Source of the DNA: Malacoraja senta
Taxonomy: Eukaryota
DNA: 64,000 bases
Reading direction: 5' to 3'
NCBI GenBank assembly: GCA_038087875.1
Contig: JAXLNO010000627.1
Location: 434,001 to 498,000, forward strand
Made by a program: the position numbers and the translations under genes. The number at the start of each line of letters is the position of its first letter. The stretch's first letter is position 1. Below the pieces are notes generated by a model. The model did no database searches, was not told the DNA's origin, and worked only from the letters and a program-made list of their open reading frames with translations. Shown here in pieces: positions 37,126 through 50,204 of this stretch.

Positions 37126-38556
37126 ATATTCCAGCCTCCGTATGTGTCCCCGGGCGATGGGGAAACGTTGCTACCAAATGACTTTCAATGATAAACTTCT
37201 GGCCAAATGCAAGAAAGCAACTATGACATATAATACACAATAAACTGTATTACAAATACACAATAAACAAGTTATACGTTCTTGTGCTCTTACATGGGTA
37301 TGACCTTCGGCGCGCGCGCACTCAGAGTAAGATTTTTCATTTTCAAATGTTGGCAGGTATGAGATAAGAATTAAAATCGACTCAGTCCACATAATAATAC
37401 GGCGCCATCTCTCGACCACTGCCTGAACTGTCATTAACCCAGAAACGGCCAGACTCAAGCAACGCCGCCACGTACAAAGGGAAGGCTAAAGCGGTCCCAT
37501 TCCTGAAAGCGGAGCATCACAACCGCAGGCCGGCGGGAAAGTCAAGAATAAATTGTGGATGTTGGAAATCAGGAAATATTGCCAAGAACTGGAAATACTG
37601 GAATATCCTGGGCAACTCCCACTCGACCAGATTGTAAAAATTCACCCGAATTCACACCGTCACCAACAGTACAACCGCACACGGAATACAGAGCGACACC
37701 CAGATTGTACAATGTCACCCAGAGTGGACCAGGTTAGGTACACGTTACACAGATAATGTACTTCAATTATCCATTCAGTGAAAACCTATCCGTGCTCCAG
37801 ACATTCGCTACACTCCAGCCCTTACCCTTTCCAACATCACTGCCGCTCAGATAAACGTGTTTCTTCCCTTCCTTGCTTCCCGAGAAAGAAACTTTGATTT
37901 GAAACTTTAACTCTTTCTCTTTCCACAAATTCTCCCCCACATGCGGTTTCAAGCATTTTCGCATTTCACTCCAGACCAGCGGGAATTATTTCCAAAATGT
38001 GGAAATATTCCACGCCGCCTGTGAATAAAGAAAGTGCTTGGAGTGAAATGGAAGCGTTTCGCTGGTAACAGAGCAACGCTGGTCTCACACTCGGGCGGGA
38101 GCTTCAACGGTTGATTTTTATTCCCGGGAAAAGCAAGAACGTAATTGTCTGCAGGACAAACTGCCGGAAACTGCTGGATTATTTTAACACTTATCCTGAA
38201 CACTTACACTGGATTATTTCAAGATGCATTTCACAAAGCATGCGATCAGCAGTCCAATTAGTCCACACACCAGAATGTACTGTGCATTCACAACGATAAT
38301 GCTGACATGACACTGGTGACCGATTCACAGACCCACTGTTAGACGTTTTAAAGTCAACATAAAACAGGACCATCTTGCCTGAGACTACGGTTTGAATGAA
38401 GATACGTGGTTATTTAAACATCAACCCCACAGTTCGGCAAATACTATACCCAGAATCATACAACAGTGAGACAAGCGTTCAATACGGCGCGCAGCCTCCA
38501 CGCATGTCAGATATAACAGTGTTGAACACGGTGAGAACCTGTGAGTAAACACTTAC

Positions 38557-38626
38557 GGGGAACACCAACAGCGGCAAGTGTCGGGTAGTAAATCCTCGTT
38601 ATTCCAGTAAGTAGCAAGCCTCCCAT
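38557..38626 (-). CDS. Exon 1 of the same GPCR (MGGLLLTGITRIYYPTLAAVGVP)
   Basis: ATG at 38626; 70 bp = 23 codons + 1 nt, followed by a GTAAGT donor (38556-38551). Phase 1 matches the exon 2 acceptor and gives VGVP-L-NLVTIVIL, a continuous TM1. 70+899 = 969 nt = 322 aa plus stop; intron about 7.7 kb. Confidence 0.88.
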
Positions 38627-38710
38627 GTACTCGGTGAAGTGATTTCTCCTCTGTTCATGCAGCACACCAAGACTGCTGCTAAAACAGGGATGACATGTTC
38701 ACGGCATCCT

Positions 38711-38718
38711 TTGTTATA
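38711..38718 (-). promoter_or_regulatory. TATA-like box of the GPCR gene
   Basis: TATAACAA on the minus strand about 90 bp upstream of the exon 1 ATG, at the position homologous to TATAAAAA in the paralogous copy. Confidence 0.45.
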
Positions 38719-40169
38719 GCAGAGAGAAATCTCCAGCGGCGCCAGTCTCTTGGCCAACGACGTTAGTTACACTCACTGAACAAACAATCACGCCAGCTGC
38801 TCCCAGTTTAGCGCTCCTGTGGGAATTACAGACTTAAAGTGACACGCCAAACTTCAGAAATAAGTCTTAAAGAAGGAACTGCAGATGCTGGAAAATCGAA
38901 ATGCTAACATGGTAGTGAACACAGTCTATGCCAAAATCGGGCAAGACTCACTGACCAACACGTTGCTTCACCTTTAGGAGCAGATAGGTATCTGTCTCTG
39001 TCCTAGTCCTGCCACACCAGGGGATGTGGCTTATAATGACTGACACTGAATGGACTCATTCTGGTGCAGCAACTGTGAACATGTGATTATGAGGGGATAG
39101 AGTTGCAACAATACATGTGGGCGAATTATGATGTGTATTTTTAAATGCCACATCACATATTCTAACAGCTTCTGACTGTGTGGGAGGGACAGCTGCCATC
39201 CATACTGGGCCTGGCCCATATGTATGATTGAAAGATACTTTATTGCCACATGTACCGAGGGTACCTAGGTACAGTGAACTGCTTTGTTTTGCATACATCC
39301 TAGGCAGGACACGTGTCGCCACGTGTTGGCGCACCATGTCTCACCAAGTTGATTGTCCCTGCAGTGCCCTTGTGAAACTGGCGAGGAACGGACATAAACT
39401 CAGAGACAAGAAGAGCTCCACACGGCGACACACACAGTCATGTTACACTGGGATCCTCCCATAATCCCGCGTCTCAGTGCAACAGGACAAACATCTGTCA
39501 CGCTGATATGACCAGGAGGTGCCACATACGTGGCCTTGTAGATTCCCACATGTCACCCAGTCTCCAAGGCCACCATGTGTGCGGCTTTTCCCAGTACATG
39601 AAACGTCAACTAACCTAGCGACGAGTTACGAGTAACATTGCTGGAATTACTCAGTCCTAAATCAAGTTCCAATGAGCTGTCACTGATTCCCGACCATATT
39701 GGCCTTATGACCACCAGGGCAATGAAAAGAAGGCGAATAAAACGAAGGACTGGGCGGGGCAAGGACACGGGATACTCTGTCTCCCACCACAGTGGCCGCC
39801 AGTCCCACCATTCACCGAGCGGCTCCAGCTCTAAAGGGCGGATCTGCGTGTCCAGGATACTGATATAGCGGCAACACGAGGGAGTCACTGACATAACCAG
39901 GCTGTTCCCTGACCAATGCACCGGTCACAGCTTCAAGTGTCATTGGCGACGCTGGCGGGGTGTCAACAGCTCTGGCCTCGATACCAATCAGCACTAAGAC
40001 CATTGTCCATCCTGTCACTGAGTACCAGACACACCAGATCGATTAATGACGGGTCAACAGGTCGGAACCGGACCTCCTTGATGCTCCCTGAATGAAATCA
40101 GAAGTATCTGGTACAGTGAATTGCTTTGGATTTAATACAGGTAACGTCATGGAGGTCCAGTTCCGAGCC

Positions 40170-42770
40170 TGGATATAGGATGCAAGTTGGCATGTCGTAA
40201 AGGTAATGCTGCGGTTGTTATGAGATTTCAACATGCAGGTAGACTGGGAAAATGAGGTTGGTACTGGACCCCAAGATACGGGGTTTGTGGAGTGCCTCCG
40301 TGATGGATTCTTAGAGCAGCTTGTATTAGAGCCTACCAGGGAGAAGGCAATTCTGGATTTAGTGTTGTGTAATGAACCGGATTTGATAAGGGAACTCGAG
40401 GTAAAGGAGCAATTATGAGGTAGTGACCATAATATTTGTAAGTTTTAATCTACAATTTGAGAGGGAGAAGGGTAAATCGGAGGTGTCCGCGTTACAGTTG
40501 AACAAAGGGGACAATGGAGCCACGAGGGAGGAGCTGGCCAAAGTTGACTGTAAATACACCCTAGCAGGGATGAGAGTGGAACAACACTGGCTGGTATTTC
40601 TGGGAATAATACAGAAGGTGCAGGATCAGTTCATTCCAAAGACGAAGAAAGATTCCAAGGGGAATAAGGGGCGACCGTGGCTGACAAGGGAAGTCAGGGA
40701 CAGTATAAAAATAAAAGAGAAGCAGTACAACATGGCAAAGATGAACGGGAAGCAAGACAATTGGGTAATATTTAAAGAGCAACAGAAGATAACTAAAAAG
40801 GCAATACGGGGAGAAAAGATGAGGCACGAAAGTAAGCTAGCCAAGAATATAAAGGACGATAGTAAAATCTTCTTCAGCTACGTGAAGAGGAAAAAACTAG
40901 TTAAGACCAAAGTTGGACCCTTGAAGACTGAAAAAGGTGAATTTATTATGGGGAAAAAGGAATTGGCAGAGGAGTTGAACAGGTACTTTGGATCCGTCTT
41001 CACTGAGGAAGACACAAACAATCTTCCTGATGTACTAGTGGGCAGAGGATCTGGATGGTGGAGGAACTGAAGGAAATCCACATTACGCAGGAAATGGTGT
41101 GGGGTAGACTGATGGGACTGAAGGCTGATAAATCTCCAGGGCCCGATTATCTGCATCCCAGGGTACTAAAGTAAGTGGCTCTAGAAATCGTGGACGCATT
41201 GGTGTTCATTTTCCAATGATCGATAAATTCAGGATCGGTTCCTGTGGATTGGAAGGTAGCTAATGTTATCCCACTTTTAAAGAAAGGCGGGAGAGAGAAA
41301 ACAGGGAATTATAGACCAGTTAGCCTGACATCGGTGGTGGGGAAGATGCTGGAGTCAATCATAAAAGATGAAATAGCCGCACATTTGGATAACAGTAACA
41401 GGATCGGTCCAAGTCAGCAGGGATTTACGAAGGGGAAATCATGCTTGACTAATCTTCTGCAATTTTTTGACGACGTAACAAGGAAAATGGACACTCCAAA
41501 GTGGGAGATGGCCTCCCACTTTGGATCGTTTAGGGCTTTTTCCTTGCCAAGATACTTCTTCGCTGCTCTCCAAATCCATGCGACTGTCTTGATCAGTCGA
41601 GTTAGAATGCTGAACCGCTTGATATCAACAAGGTTTTGTCCAATTTGTCCAAGTGTACCTGGACTTTCAGAAAGCATTTGATAAGGTCCCACATAGGAGA
41701 TAAGTGGGCAAAAGTATGGCGCATGGTATAGTGGGTAGAGTGCTGACATGGATAGAAAAATCGTTGGTAGACAGGAAACTAACAGTAGGGATAACGGGTC
41801 CCTTTCAGAATGGCAGGCAGTGACTAGTGGGGTACCGCAAAGCTCGGTGCTGGGACCACAGCTATTTACAAAAAACATCAATGATTTAGATGAAGGGATT
41901 CAAAGTACCATTAGCAATTTGCAGATGGCACAAAGCTGGGTGGCAGTGTAAACTATGAGGAGGATGCTATGAGAATGCAGGGTGACTTGGACAGGTTGGG
42001 TGAATGGGCAAATGCATGGCAGATGCAGTTTAATGTGGATAAATGTGAGGTTTTCCACTTTGGTAGGAAAAACAGGAAGGCAGATTATTATCTAAATGAT
42101 GATAAGTTGGGGAAAAGGGATGTACAACGGGATCTGGGGCTCCCTGTTCATCAGCAAATGAAAGTAAGCATGCAGGTACAGCAGGCAGTGAATAAAAGGG
42201 AGTGGCATGTTGGCCTTCATAACAAGAGGAGTTGAGTATAAGAGCAAAGAGGTCCTTCTGCAGTTGTATAGGACCCCAGTGAGACCACACCTGGAGTATT
42301 GTGTGCAGTTTTGGTCCCCTAATTTGAGGAAGCACATTATTGCTATTGACGGAGTGCAGTGTAGGTTCACAAGGTTAATTCCCGGCAAGGCGGGTCTGTC
42401 ATATGCTGAGATAATGGAGCGGCTGGGCTTGTATATTCCGGAATTTAGAAGGATGAGAGGGCATCTTATTGAAACATATAAGATTATTAAGGGTTTGGAC
42501 ACGCTAGAGGCAGGAAACATGTTCCCGTTGTTTGTGGAGTCCAGAACCAGGGGCCACAGCTTAAGAATAAGAGTTAAGGCATTTAGAACGGAGATGAGGA
42601 AACACTTTTTCACACAGAGAGTTGTGAGTCTGTGTCAGAGGGCGGTGGAGGCCGGTTCTCTGGATACTTTCAAGAGATAGCTAAATAGGGCTCTTAAAAA
42701 TAGCGGAGTCAGGGGATGGGGTCAGGGGATATGGGGAGAAGGCAGGAACTGGGTACTGATTGGGGATTGA
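40170..42770 (+). mobile_element. 5'-truncated CR1 LINE (part of EN plus RT), degenerate
   Basis: [36 protein letters not shown] and RPHLEYCVQFWSP; absent from duplication arm A. Confidence 0.92.
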
Positions 42771-44304
42771 CCATGACGATCCGTCGCCCTTGACGATGGC
42801 CGGATCATGTGGATCACACCATCTTGTGGAAAGTCGGCACACCCATTAAGTGGATAATGATAAAACACGTCTGGATTAAAAAAAATACTCTGAATGTCCG
42901 GGGATTTCCGACATCATCTCCATTACCGATATTGACTGAGCGGAACACGCGAGCCTTCCAGACAAAGAACGAATGACTGCTGCCATTCCCCGCCACAAGA
43001 GGCAACTTGTGGCTTTTTCTGTTTCCTTCCCGATGTCTTTCTACCACTCACGTCAGGTCGCCCATTTAGATTCACACCGAACTATGGGGAATTGGTTGAG
43101 GGTACTGGTCAGAGTAGAGCACTGCGGATCCGAGATATGGTGACTCAGCCAGCGTCGAATCAGAATAGGTTCTTCCTGAGAACCCACGTGACCTTGAATG
43201 TTCTGTGTTGTCACAAATTTCTTGTCCATCAAGAGCAGAGTAATCAGAACCTCGATCTAACCGGACCCACACCATGTTCCTTGTCAACGGCAGTGAAGCT
43301 GAACCAGCCGGCAGCACTGACTCACAACTGTGGGAGCCGGCGCTCAATTGGCCGCACTTTATTTCGGCTCCGTACGTTCCCGATTCCGGCTAGAACATCA
43401 CGAGGCCTTCCATGACGGGGCACAGAATGAGAAACAGCTGAACTGCTCCATCACAGGCCTGTCAAACACACGCAGTGCAGTGTGTACACGCGTTCCCATG
43501 TTACTCACACAGGGCAGTGACGATGCTGACCAAAATAAAATTATAAACATCTCAACGTTGCACGTGACGGAAACGAACTTTTCTCCACCGTCCTTATACA
43601 AAAGAGAGTGTATAGAAATCAGCCCTTTATTTTGTGTTTCATACCTTTATTACCATAAGGCAGCGAGAGACCAGCACTGTGTCTAATTGCAGTGGGCAGC
43701 CGTTTAGAGAAACAGAAGTATAATATGAATTGTGTAATGACGATGCAAGCAACAACATTTCGGCCTGGGCTATGGAGAGATGGACCTTCTGAAAACCGCA
43801 GCAGAGCACCGGAGTACGGAAATACAGGGAACGTCAACACGGCCAAACGATACTGGAAAGCCATAGACCGTTTACACTCCAATGATTGGCTCGGATCAAG
43901 GACAAACTAACGCACCTACTCCGTGTAAGTCCACTGCAAGTACAACAGCACGAAACTTCAAGGAAAGGGCAAACAGAGTAGGCGTCTTGCCATTGCAATG
44001 TCAGAACACAGACTGTACAAAGTCACCTAGCACAGTAAGTGTCCTGGTCTTTGAACCAAGTGATCTGTCCTGTGTACTAAAACACTCTGAACACAAATGA
44101 GGTAAGTCTATTCATGGAAAACCGTGCAGACAATCTCAGGTCAGGTGCAGCCTCAGATCAGTCATAAGAGATAGGAGTAGAATTAAGCAATTCGGCCCAT
44201 CAAGTCTATTCCGCCATTCACTCACGGCTGATCAATCTCTCCCTCCTAACCCCATGTTCCTGCCTTCTCCCCATAATATCTGACACCTGTACTATTCAAG
44301 AACC

Positions 44305-45070
44305 TAATCATAATCATAATCATACTTTATTAGCCAAGTTTATTTTGCAACATACGAGAAATTTGATTTGCCATACAGTCATACCATTAAATAGCAACAA
44401 AACACACAAAATGCATTTTAACATGAACATCCACCACAGTGACTCCTCCACATTCCTCACGGTGATGGACTGCGAAAAATAAGTCCAATCTCTTCCCTTC
44501 ATTGTTCTCCCGTGGTCGGGGGCCTGCCTCGAGCCTTCCGTTGACGGACGATCTTGGCTCCCGCGGCGGTTGCCTCACCCCCCCCCCCCCCCCGCGTCGG
44601 GGCGATCAAGCTCCTACATCGGGGGATGCCCGCTCCCTGCGCCCGGAGGCTGGTCGAACCTTCTGCGTCGTTTGGAGCTTCCCGATATCGTCTCTATCCG
44701 AGACTGCGAGCTCCTCAATGGTGAAATCCGCAGGCCACGGATGGAGCGTCGATCCCAGGCAAGGAATCGGCTCCGATGGTAAGTCCACGTCCCCGCGGTG
44801 GGGCTCAAAGTCAGTCCCGAGCAAGACCTCCAGCTCCATGATGTTAGGCCGCAGAGCGACCGGAGATACGATCCGGAAAACAATCGCATCTCCGGCAAGG
44901 TAAGAGATTGAAATAAAGTTTTCCCGACCCCCTCCCCAAACACCACGTAAAACAAACAAGAGAACATTAACACAAACTTTAAAAACACACAAAAAATAAC
45001 AAAAAAGACGAAAAGACCGACAGAATGTTGGCGAAGCTGCCATCGTCCTGCCCCCCTCCCCCCCGGTCTC
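44305..45070 (-). mobile_element. Non-coding non-autonomous retroposon with a (TATGAT)n tail
   Basis: Inserted in the CR1; head ATGGCAGCTTCGCCAACA shared with 53010-53690; AATAAA and tandem tail on the minus strand. Confidence 0.65.
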
Positions 45071-45398
45071 TTAGATCTATCTGCCTTAAGAATATCCACT
45101 GACTTGGCCTCCACAACCTTCTGTGGCAAATAATTCCACAGATTAACCTCCCTCTTGTTTCTTTGTCTCCTTCCAAAAAGAAAGTCCTTTAATTCTGAGG
45201 CTATGAACCCTAGTCCTAGGCGCTCCCATTATGGGACACATCCTCTCCACATTCACTCTATACAACCCTTCCTCTGTATGTTTCACTGAGGTCCCCCGTT
45301 ATTCTTCTAAACTCTAGCGAGTACAGCCCCAGTGCCGACAAACGCTCATCATTGGTTAACCTACTTATTCCAGGGATCATCTTGTAAACCTCATCTGG

Positions 45399-45824
45399 CG
45401 GAATGGTACGATTCGGCGGCGCCGTTTGGGCGCTGCCGTTTGGGCGCCGCCGTTTGGGCGCTGCCGTTTGGGCGCCTCTGTTTCGGGGTGTTAGAGTTAG
45501 GGTTAGGGTATGGGTTAGGGTATGGGTTAGGGTTAGGGTTAGGGTGCCACAGCGGTGGGCCAGTGGAAACCATTTTCCAAACTTGTTAACATAAAGCTGA
45601 TCTCACTTGCAATATCCTTGGCATAGGAACTTCTTGCAGAGGGTGATGAATCTCTGGAATTCACTATCCCGGACTATTGTGACGCATGGAACACTTTTAT
45701 TTATCTGGAGGTATTTACAGAGGTTAGGGTTAGGGTTAGGGTTAGGGTTCTGATGAGTACAGATATTATAAACGGCAGCGCCGAAACAGCGGCGCCGGAA
45801 CTGCAGCGCCGAAAAGTACCCGAC
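45399..45824. mobile_element. MULE-like MITE containing (TTAGGG)n tracts
   Basis: 9-10 bp TSD (C)CTCATCTGG (45389-45398 and 45825-45834); imperfect TIRs GGTACnnTTCGGCG with 15-bp subterminal repeats; telomeric hexamers at about 45490-45545 and 45722-45749. Confidence 0.7.
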
Positions 45825-48486
45825 CCTCATCTGGACCCTCTCCAGAGCCAGCACATCCAGATATGGTGCCCAGAATTGCTCACAATATTCCAAAGGCCTT
45901 CCCAGCGCATTATGGAGCCTAAACATTACATCACTGTTTTTGTATACAAACCCTCTTGAAATAAATGCTAGCATTGAGATTGCTTTCTTTACTACTGATT
46001 CAACTTGCAGATTAACATTTTGGGAATCCGGCACTAGCACTCCAAAGTCCCATTGCACCTCCGATTTCTGGATTCTCTCCCCATTTAGAAAATATTCTCT
46101 CCGCCTTGAACCTGCTACCAAAATGCATAATTCCACACTTTGCTACGCTATATTCCATCTGCCACTTCACTGCGCACTATCCCAACCTGCCCAAGTCCTT
46201 CTGCAGAATCCCGGCTTTCTATACACTACCTGCCCTCCACCTATTTTCGAATTATCTGCAAACTTGGCGGCAAAGCCTTTAATCCCCTCGTTCAAATCAT
46301 TAAGATACAACATGAAGAGTAGCGGCCACAGCATCGACCCCTGCGGGACACCGCTAGTCACTGGCAGCCAACCAGAAAAAGCCCCCTTTATTTACATTCT
46401 TTGTCTTCTGCCATTCAGCCAACCTGCTATCCATACTTGTGTCTGCCCTTTGATACCATCGGCTCCCATCTTCCTTAGCAGCCTCACGTGTGGCACCTTA
46501 TCAAAGGCTTTCCGAAAATCTAAGGAAGCAACATCTATTGACTCTCCTTTGTCTGTCTTGCTATTTACTTCTTTAAATAATTCCAGCAAATTTGTCAACC
46601 AAGACCTCCCCTTCACAAAGCCATGCGGACTTTGGCCTATTTTATTGTGAACTTCTCAGTACTCCGTAACCTCATCATTTATAACGGACTCTAAAATCTT
46701 ACCAACAACCTTAGTCATACTAAGCAGCCTACAGTTCCCATTATCCTTCTTGTGCAGCGGGGTAATGTTGGCAATTTTCCAATCGTCTGAGAACACTCCT
46801 GACTCTAGTGATTCTTGATATATCACTATCAACGCCTCTCCCATCTCTAAAGCCACCTCTTTCAGAACCCGAGGGTGCATTCCATCCAGTCCAAGTGAAT
46901 TATCCACTTTCTGCCCACTCAGCATCCCAAGCACGTACTCCATTGTAATAGCCATCCATTAACATCTACTCCATGACTCTCTTGCATTTCAGGCACGTTG
47001 CTGGTGTCTTCCACTGTGAAGACTGTAGCAAAAAAGTTATTAAACTCCTCTGCCATTACTTCATTCCCCATTATCACTTTTCCTGCATCATTCTCCAGCT
47101 GTCCAACTTCAACTCTTGCCTCTTTCTTACTCTTTGTATAAGTGAAGAAACTCTTGCAATCCTCTTGTATATTATTGCCTAGCTTCCTTTCGTATTCATA
47201 ATTTCTCCCCGTATTACCTTTTTAGTTACCTTCGGTTGTTCTTTAAACGCTTCCCAATATTCTGGCTTCGCACGAATCTTTGCTATGTTATACGTCTTCT
47301 CTTTTAGTTTTATACTGTCCTTGACTTCCCTTGACAGCCTCGGTCGCCTCTTTCTCCCCCTAGAATCGTTCTTCCTGTTTTGAATGAAAAGATCCTGCAA
47401 CTTCCAGATTATTCCCAGCAATTCCTTCCATTACTGTTCCACTGTCATCCCTGCTGGGTTCCCTTCCCAGTCAACTTTGGTCAGCTCCTCCCTCGTGCCT
47501 CTGTAGTCCCCTGTCCTCATCTGCAATACCAGCACATCCGATTTCACCTTCTCCCTCTCAAATTGCAGATTGAAAGGTATCATATTGTGGTCGCCACCTC
47601 TTCATGGTACCTATACATTGAGTTCTTTTATCAAACCCCGTCCATTGCATAACACTAAATCGAGAATTCCTTCTCCCTGGTGGGCTCCACAACAAGCTGC
47701 TCTAAGAATCCATCTCGGCGATACTCTACAAATTCCCTTTCTTGGGGTCCAGTACCAACCTGATTGTTCCAGTCCACCTGCATATTGAAATCTCCCATGA
47801 TCACATTCACCAAAAAAAAAGCCTTTTCTACATGCCAACTTTATCTCCTCATGTAATTGTATCGTGGTTACTGTTTGGTGGCCTGTAAATAACCTCCATT
47901 GGGATCTGTTTACCCTTATAATTTCTCAGCTCTATCCACAATGACTGTACATTTTCTGATCCTATGTCACAGCTTGCAAAGGACGGAAATCATTCCTAAC
48001 CAACAGATCTACCTCACCCCCTCTGCCCATCTTTCTGTCTTACCCATACGACGTAAAACCCTGAATATTCAACTCCTAGCTCCGATCCTCTTGCAGCTAC
48101 GTCCCCATAATTCCCACAACATCATACCTACAAATCTATATCTGTGCTACAAGCTCATCCACTTTGTTTCTTATACTATGCAATTCAAATACAACACCTT
48201 GAATTAGGTATTTGCCTCCCTTGTTATATAGGTCCCGATTTTACCCATGTTACTCTCTTATCCCTTCTTGAACTTGCCGCCCCAATAATTCGGGAAACTT
48301 CTGTAACATTTCCCGCACTCTCTTTCCGTTTAATTCCACCGTTACACTTCCAATTTGTTATCCCCCACCACCTATTTAGTTTGAAGTTCAATCCACAGTC
48401 CTGGTTATAAGTTTGCCAGAGTCTGGTTCCAGTATAGTCCGTCCCGTCGGAACAGTTCCTTCCTTTCCCAATACTGATGGCAATGT

Positions 48487-48612
48487 TTAAGAAAGAACTG
48501 CAGATGCTGGTAAATCGAAGGTAGACACAAAATGCTGGAGTAACTCCGCGGGTGTGGCAGCATCTATGGAGAGAAGCAATTGGCGACGTTTCGGGTCGAG
48601 ACACTTCTTCAG
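48487..48612 (-). mobile_element. Short Penelope-derived insertion with a hammerhead motif (48585-48612)
   Basis: Minus strand CTGAAGA-A-GTGT(CTCG)ACCC-GAAA-CGTC; CAATGT repeated at both flanks. Confidence 0.7.
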
Positions 48613-50204
48613 ACAATGTCTGAATGCCAATGTCCTACAAATTCAAAAGCACTTCTTCCATACCCGTCTTTGAGGCACGTATTCAACTCGTATTCAACAC
48701 TCTAATCCTCTCAATCCCACGCCACGGCTCGGGCAGCAATCCAAAGATTATTAACTTCTTGGTTCTTCTTTTCAATTTGGTACCTAGCTGCTCAAAATCC
48801 TTTAATTTCCCCGTTCTACCTAGGCCAATGGTAACAACATAGACCAAGACGACCGGATATTTCCCCTCCCACTCCACGTTCCTCTGCAGGTCAGACGAGA
48901 TGTCCTGAACTCGGGCACCAAGGAGGCAACACAGCCTTCGGAACTCTCGATCCTCGCTACAGAAAACAGTGACAAAGCCTCCAACTATACTGTCCCTAAT
49001 GACAAATACGCTTTCTTCCTCACATAGATACATAGACAATAGGTACAGAAGTAGGCCATTCGGTCCTTCGAGCCATCACCGCCATTCAATGTGATCATGG
49101 CTGATCATCCACAATCAGTACCCCGTTCCTGCCTTCTCCCCATACCCCATTGATTCCGCTAGCCCTAAGAGCTCTCTCTACTCCTGCTCTTGCTCCCTCT
49201 CGGATGGACCCCTGAACCATTGTGCCCTGGTCAGGTTGCTCATCCTTCCTACAGTCCTCCATTCAGTCCTCACCTCTGTTCCCCTGCCTGCTTCACTAGC
49301 AGTCACACCCTCAACGTCACCATGGACCACGTTGGAAGCAGTTACTCTGGCAGGTGTAACTACCTCCATAAACACAGCGTCCAGGTAATTCTCCCCATCC
49401 TTGATGTGCCTCAGCGTTTGTAGCTCAGACTCCAGTTCGTCCACCTTCAGTATTAGTTCTCAACTCAACCAGCATTTGCTGCAGATGTGGTCACCAGGAT
49501 TGACCAAGGGGTCCACCAGCTCCCACATAATGCAACTGCAGCACATCGCGTGATCCTGCATGTCTCCTTTACGTATCTCACAATCCTTCACGAAGCTTCC
49601 CATTTGCTGTTGCTCTGGGTCTTGCAGGTCCGCTCCTCTCTCCTCATCCCTTCTCATCGAAGCCTCTTGAGTCAAAGCCTCAACACTCACTTTTCGTCCA
49701 CACGACACTTCCCTGAATACGGCCGCTCCCAATAGGCCGCTCTGCTATCCTGACTTCCCTTTGATTTGCTTCAAAGAATCTCCAGCTAAGCCTATCGGAC
49801 GCCTGTTTCACTCTAATGTCCTGCCCCCACAATTAGCATTCTGAAACTTCTTCTCCTTATCGAGTCCACACACAAGATTAGATCTACTTCAGCCAGAGCT
49901 GAACACACTTCTTGGCATCTGCATACAATGGTGTCTGTCTTGTGCTTCTTGTGCGTGGTGGTGGAAAGAATTGGTGAAAACAGAGCCGCGACGTGAACGC
50001 ACTTTCCTTGACCCTACTCTGAAACGGCAACTAACTTCTTCCCGCAGATTTTTAAAATCCTTTAGCTTTTATAAGACAGATTCTTACTTGCAGCAAGATG
50101 CCTCTTCTCCTTCTGCCTTCAGTTTTTGCAGCAGAAAAACTGTGGCGGTAATGTCAAAGAGAACAGTGCAAGGACGGAGATAACGATCATGTCCAGAGGA
50201 CAAA

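Larger units (their letters stand above)
36969..43191. repeat. Arm B of the inverted duplication, interrupted by a CR1 at about 40170-42770
   Basis: Reverse complement of 3261-6742; the homology resumes after the CR1 at about 42770. Confidence 0.9.
44161..49760 (-). mobile_element. Near full-length degenerate CR1 with several nested insertions
   Basis: ORF1 zinc finger CCSC...CSKC (49460-49732), esterase remnant (48683-49039), ORF2 ILDLVLCN, LDFRKAFDKVPH, SGVPQGS and KFADN; 3'UTR at about 44170-44300. Confidence 0.9.

Noticed and set aside
45490..45749. Chromosome end or fusion site suggested by TTAGGG tracts
   Set aside because: The tracts are short, on the same strand rather than head-to-head, and enclosed in a TSD-flanked element.
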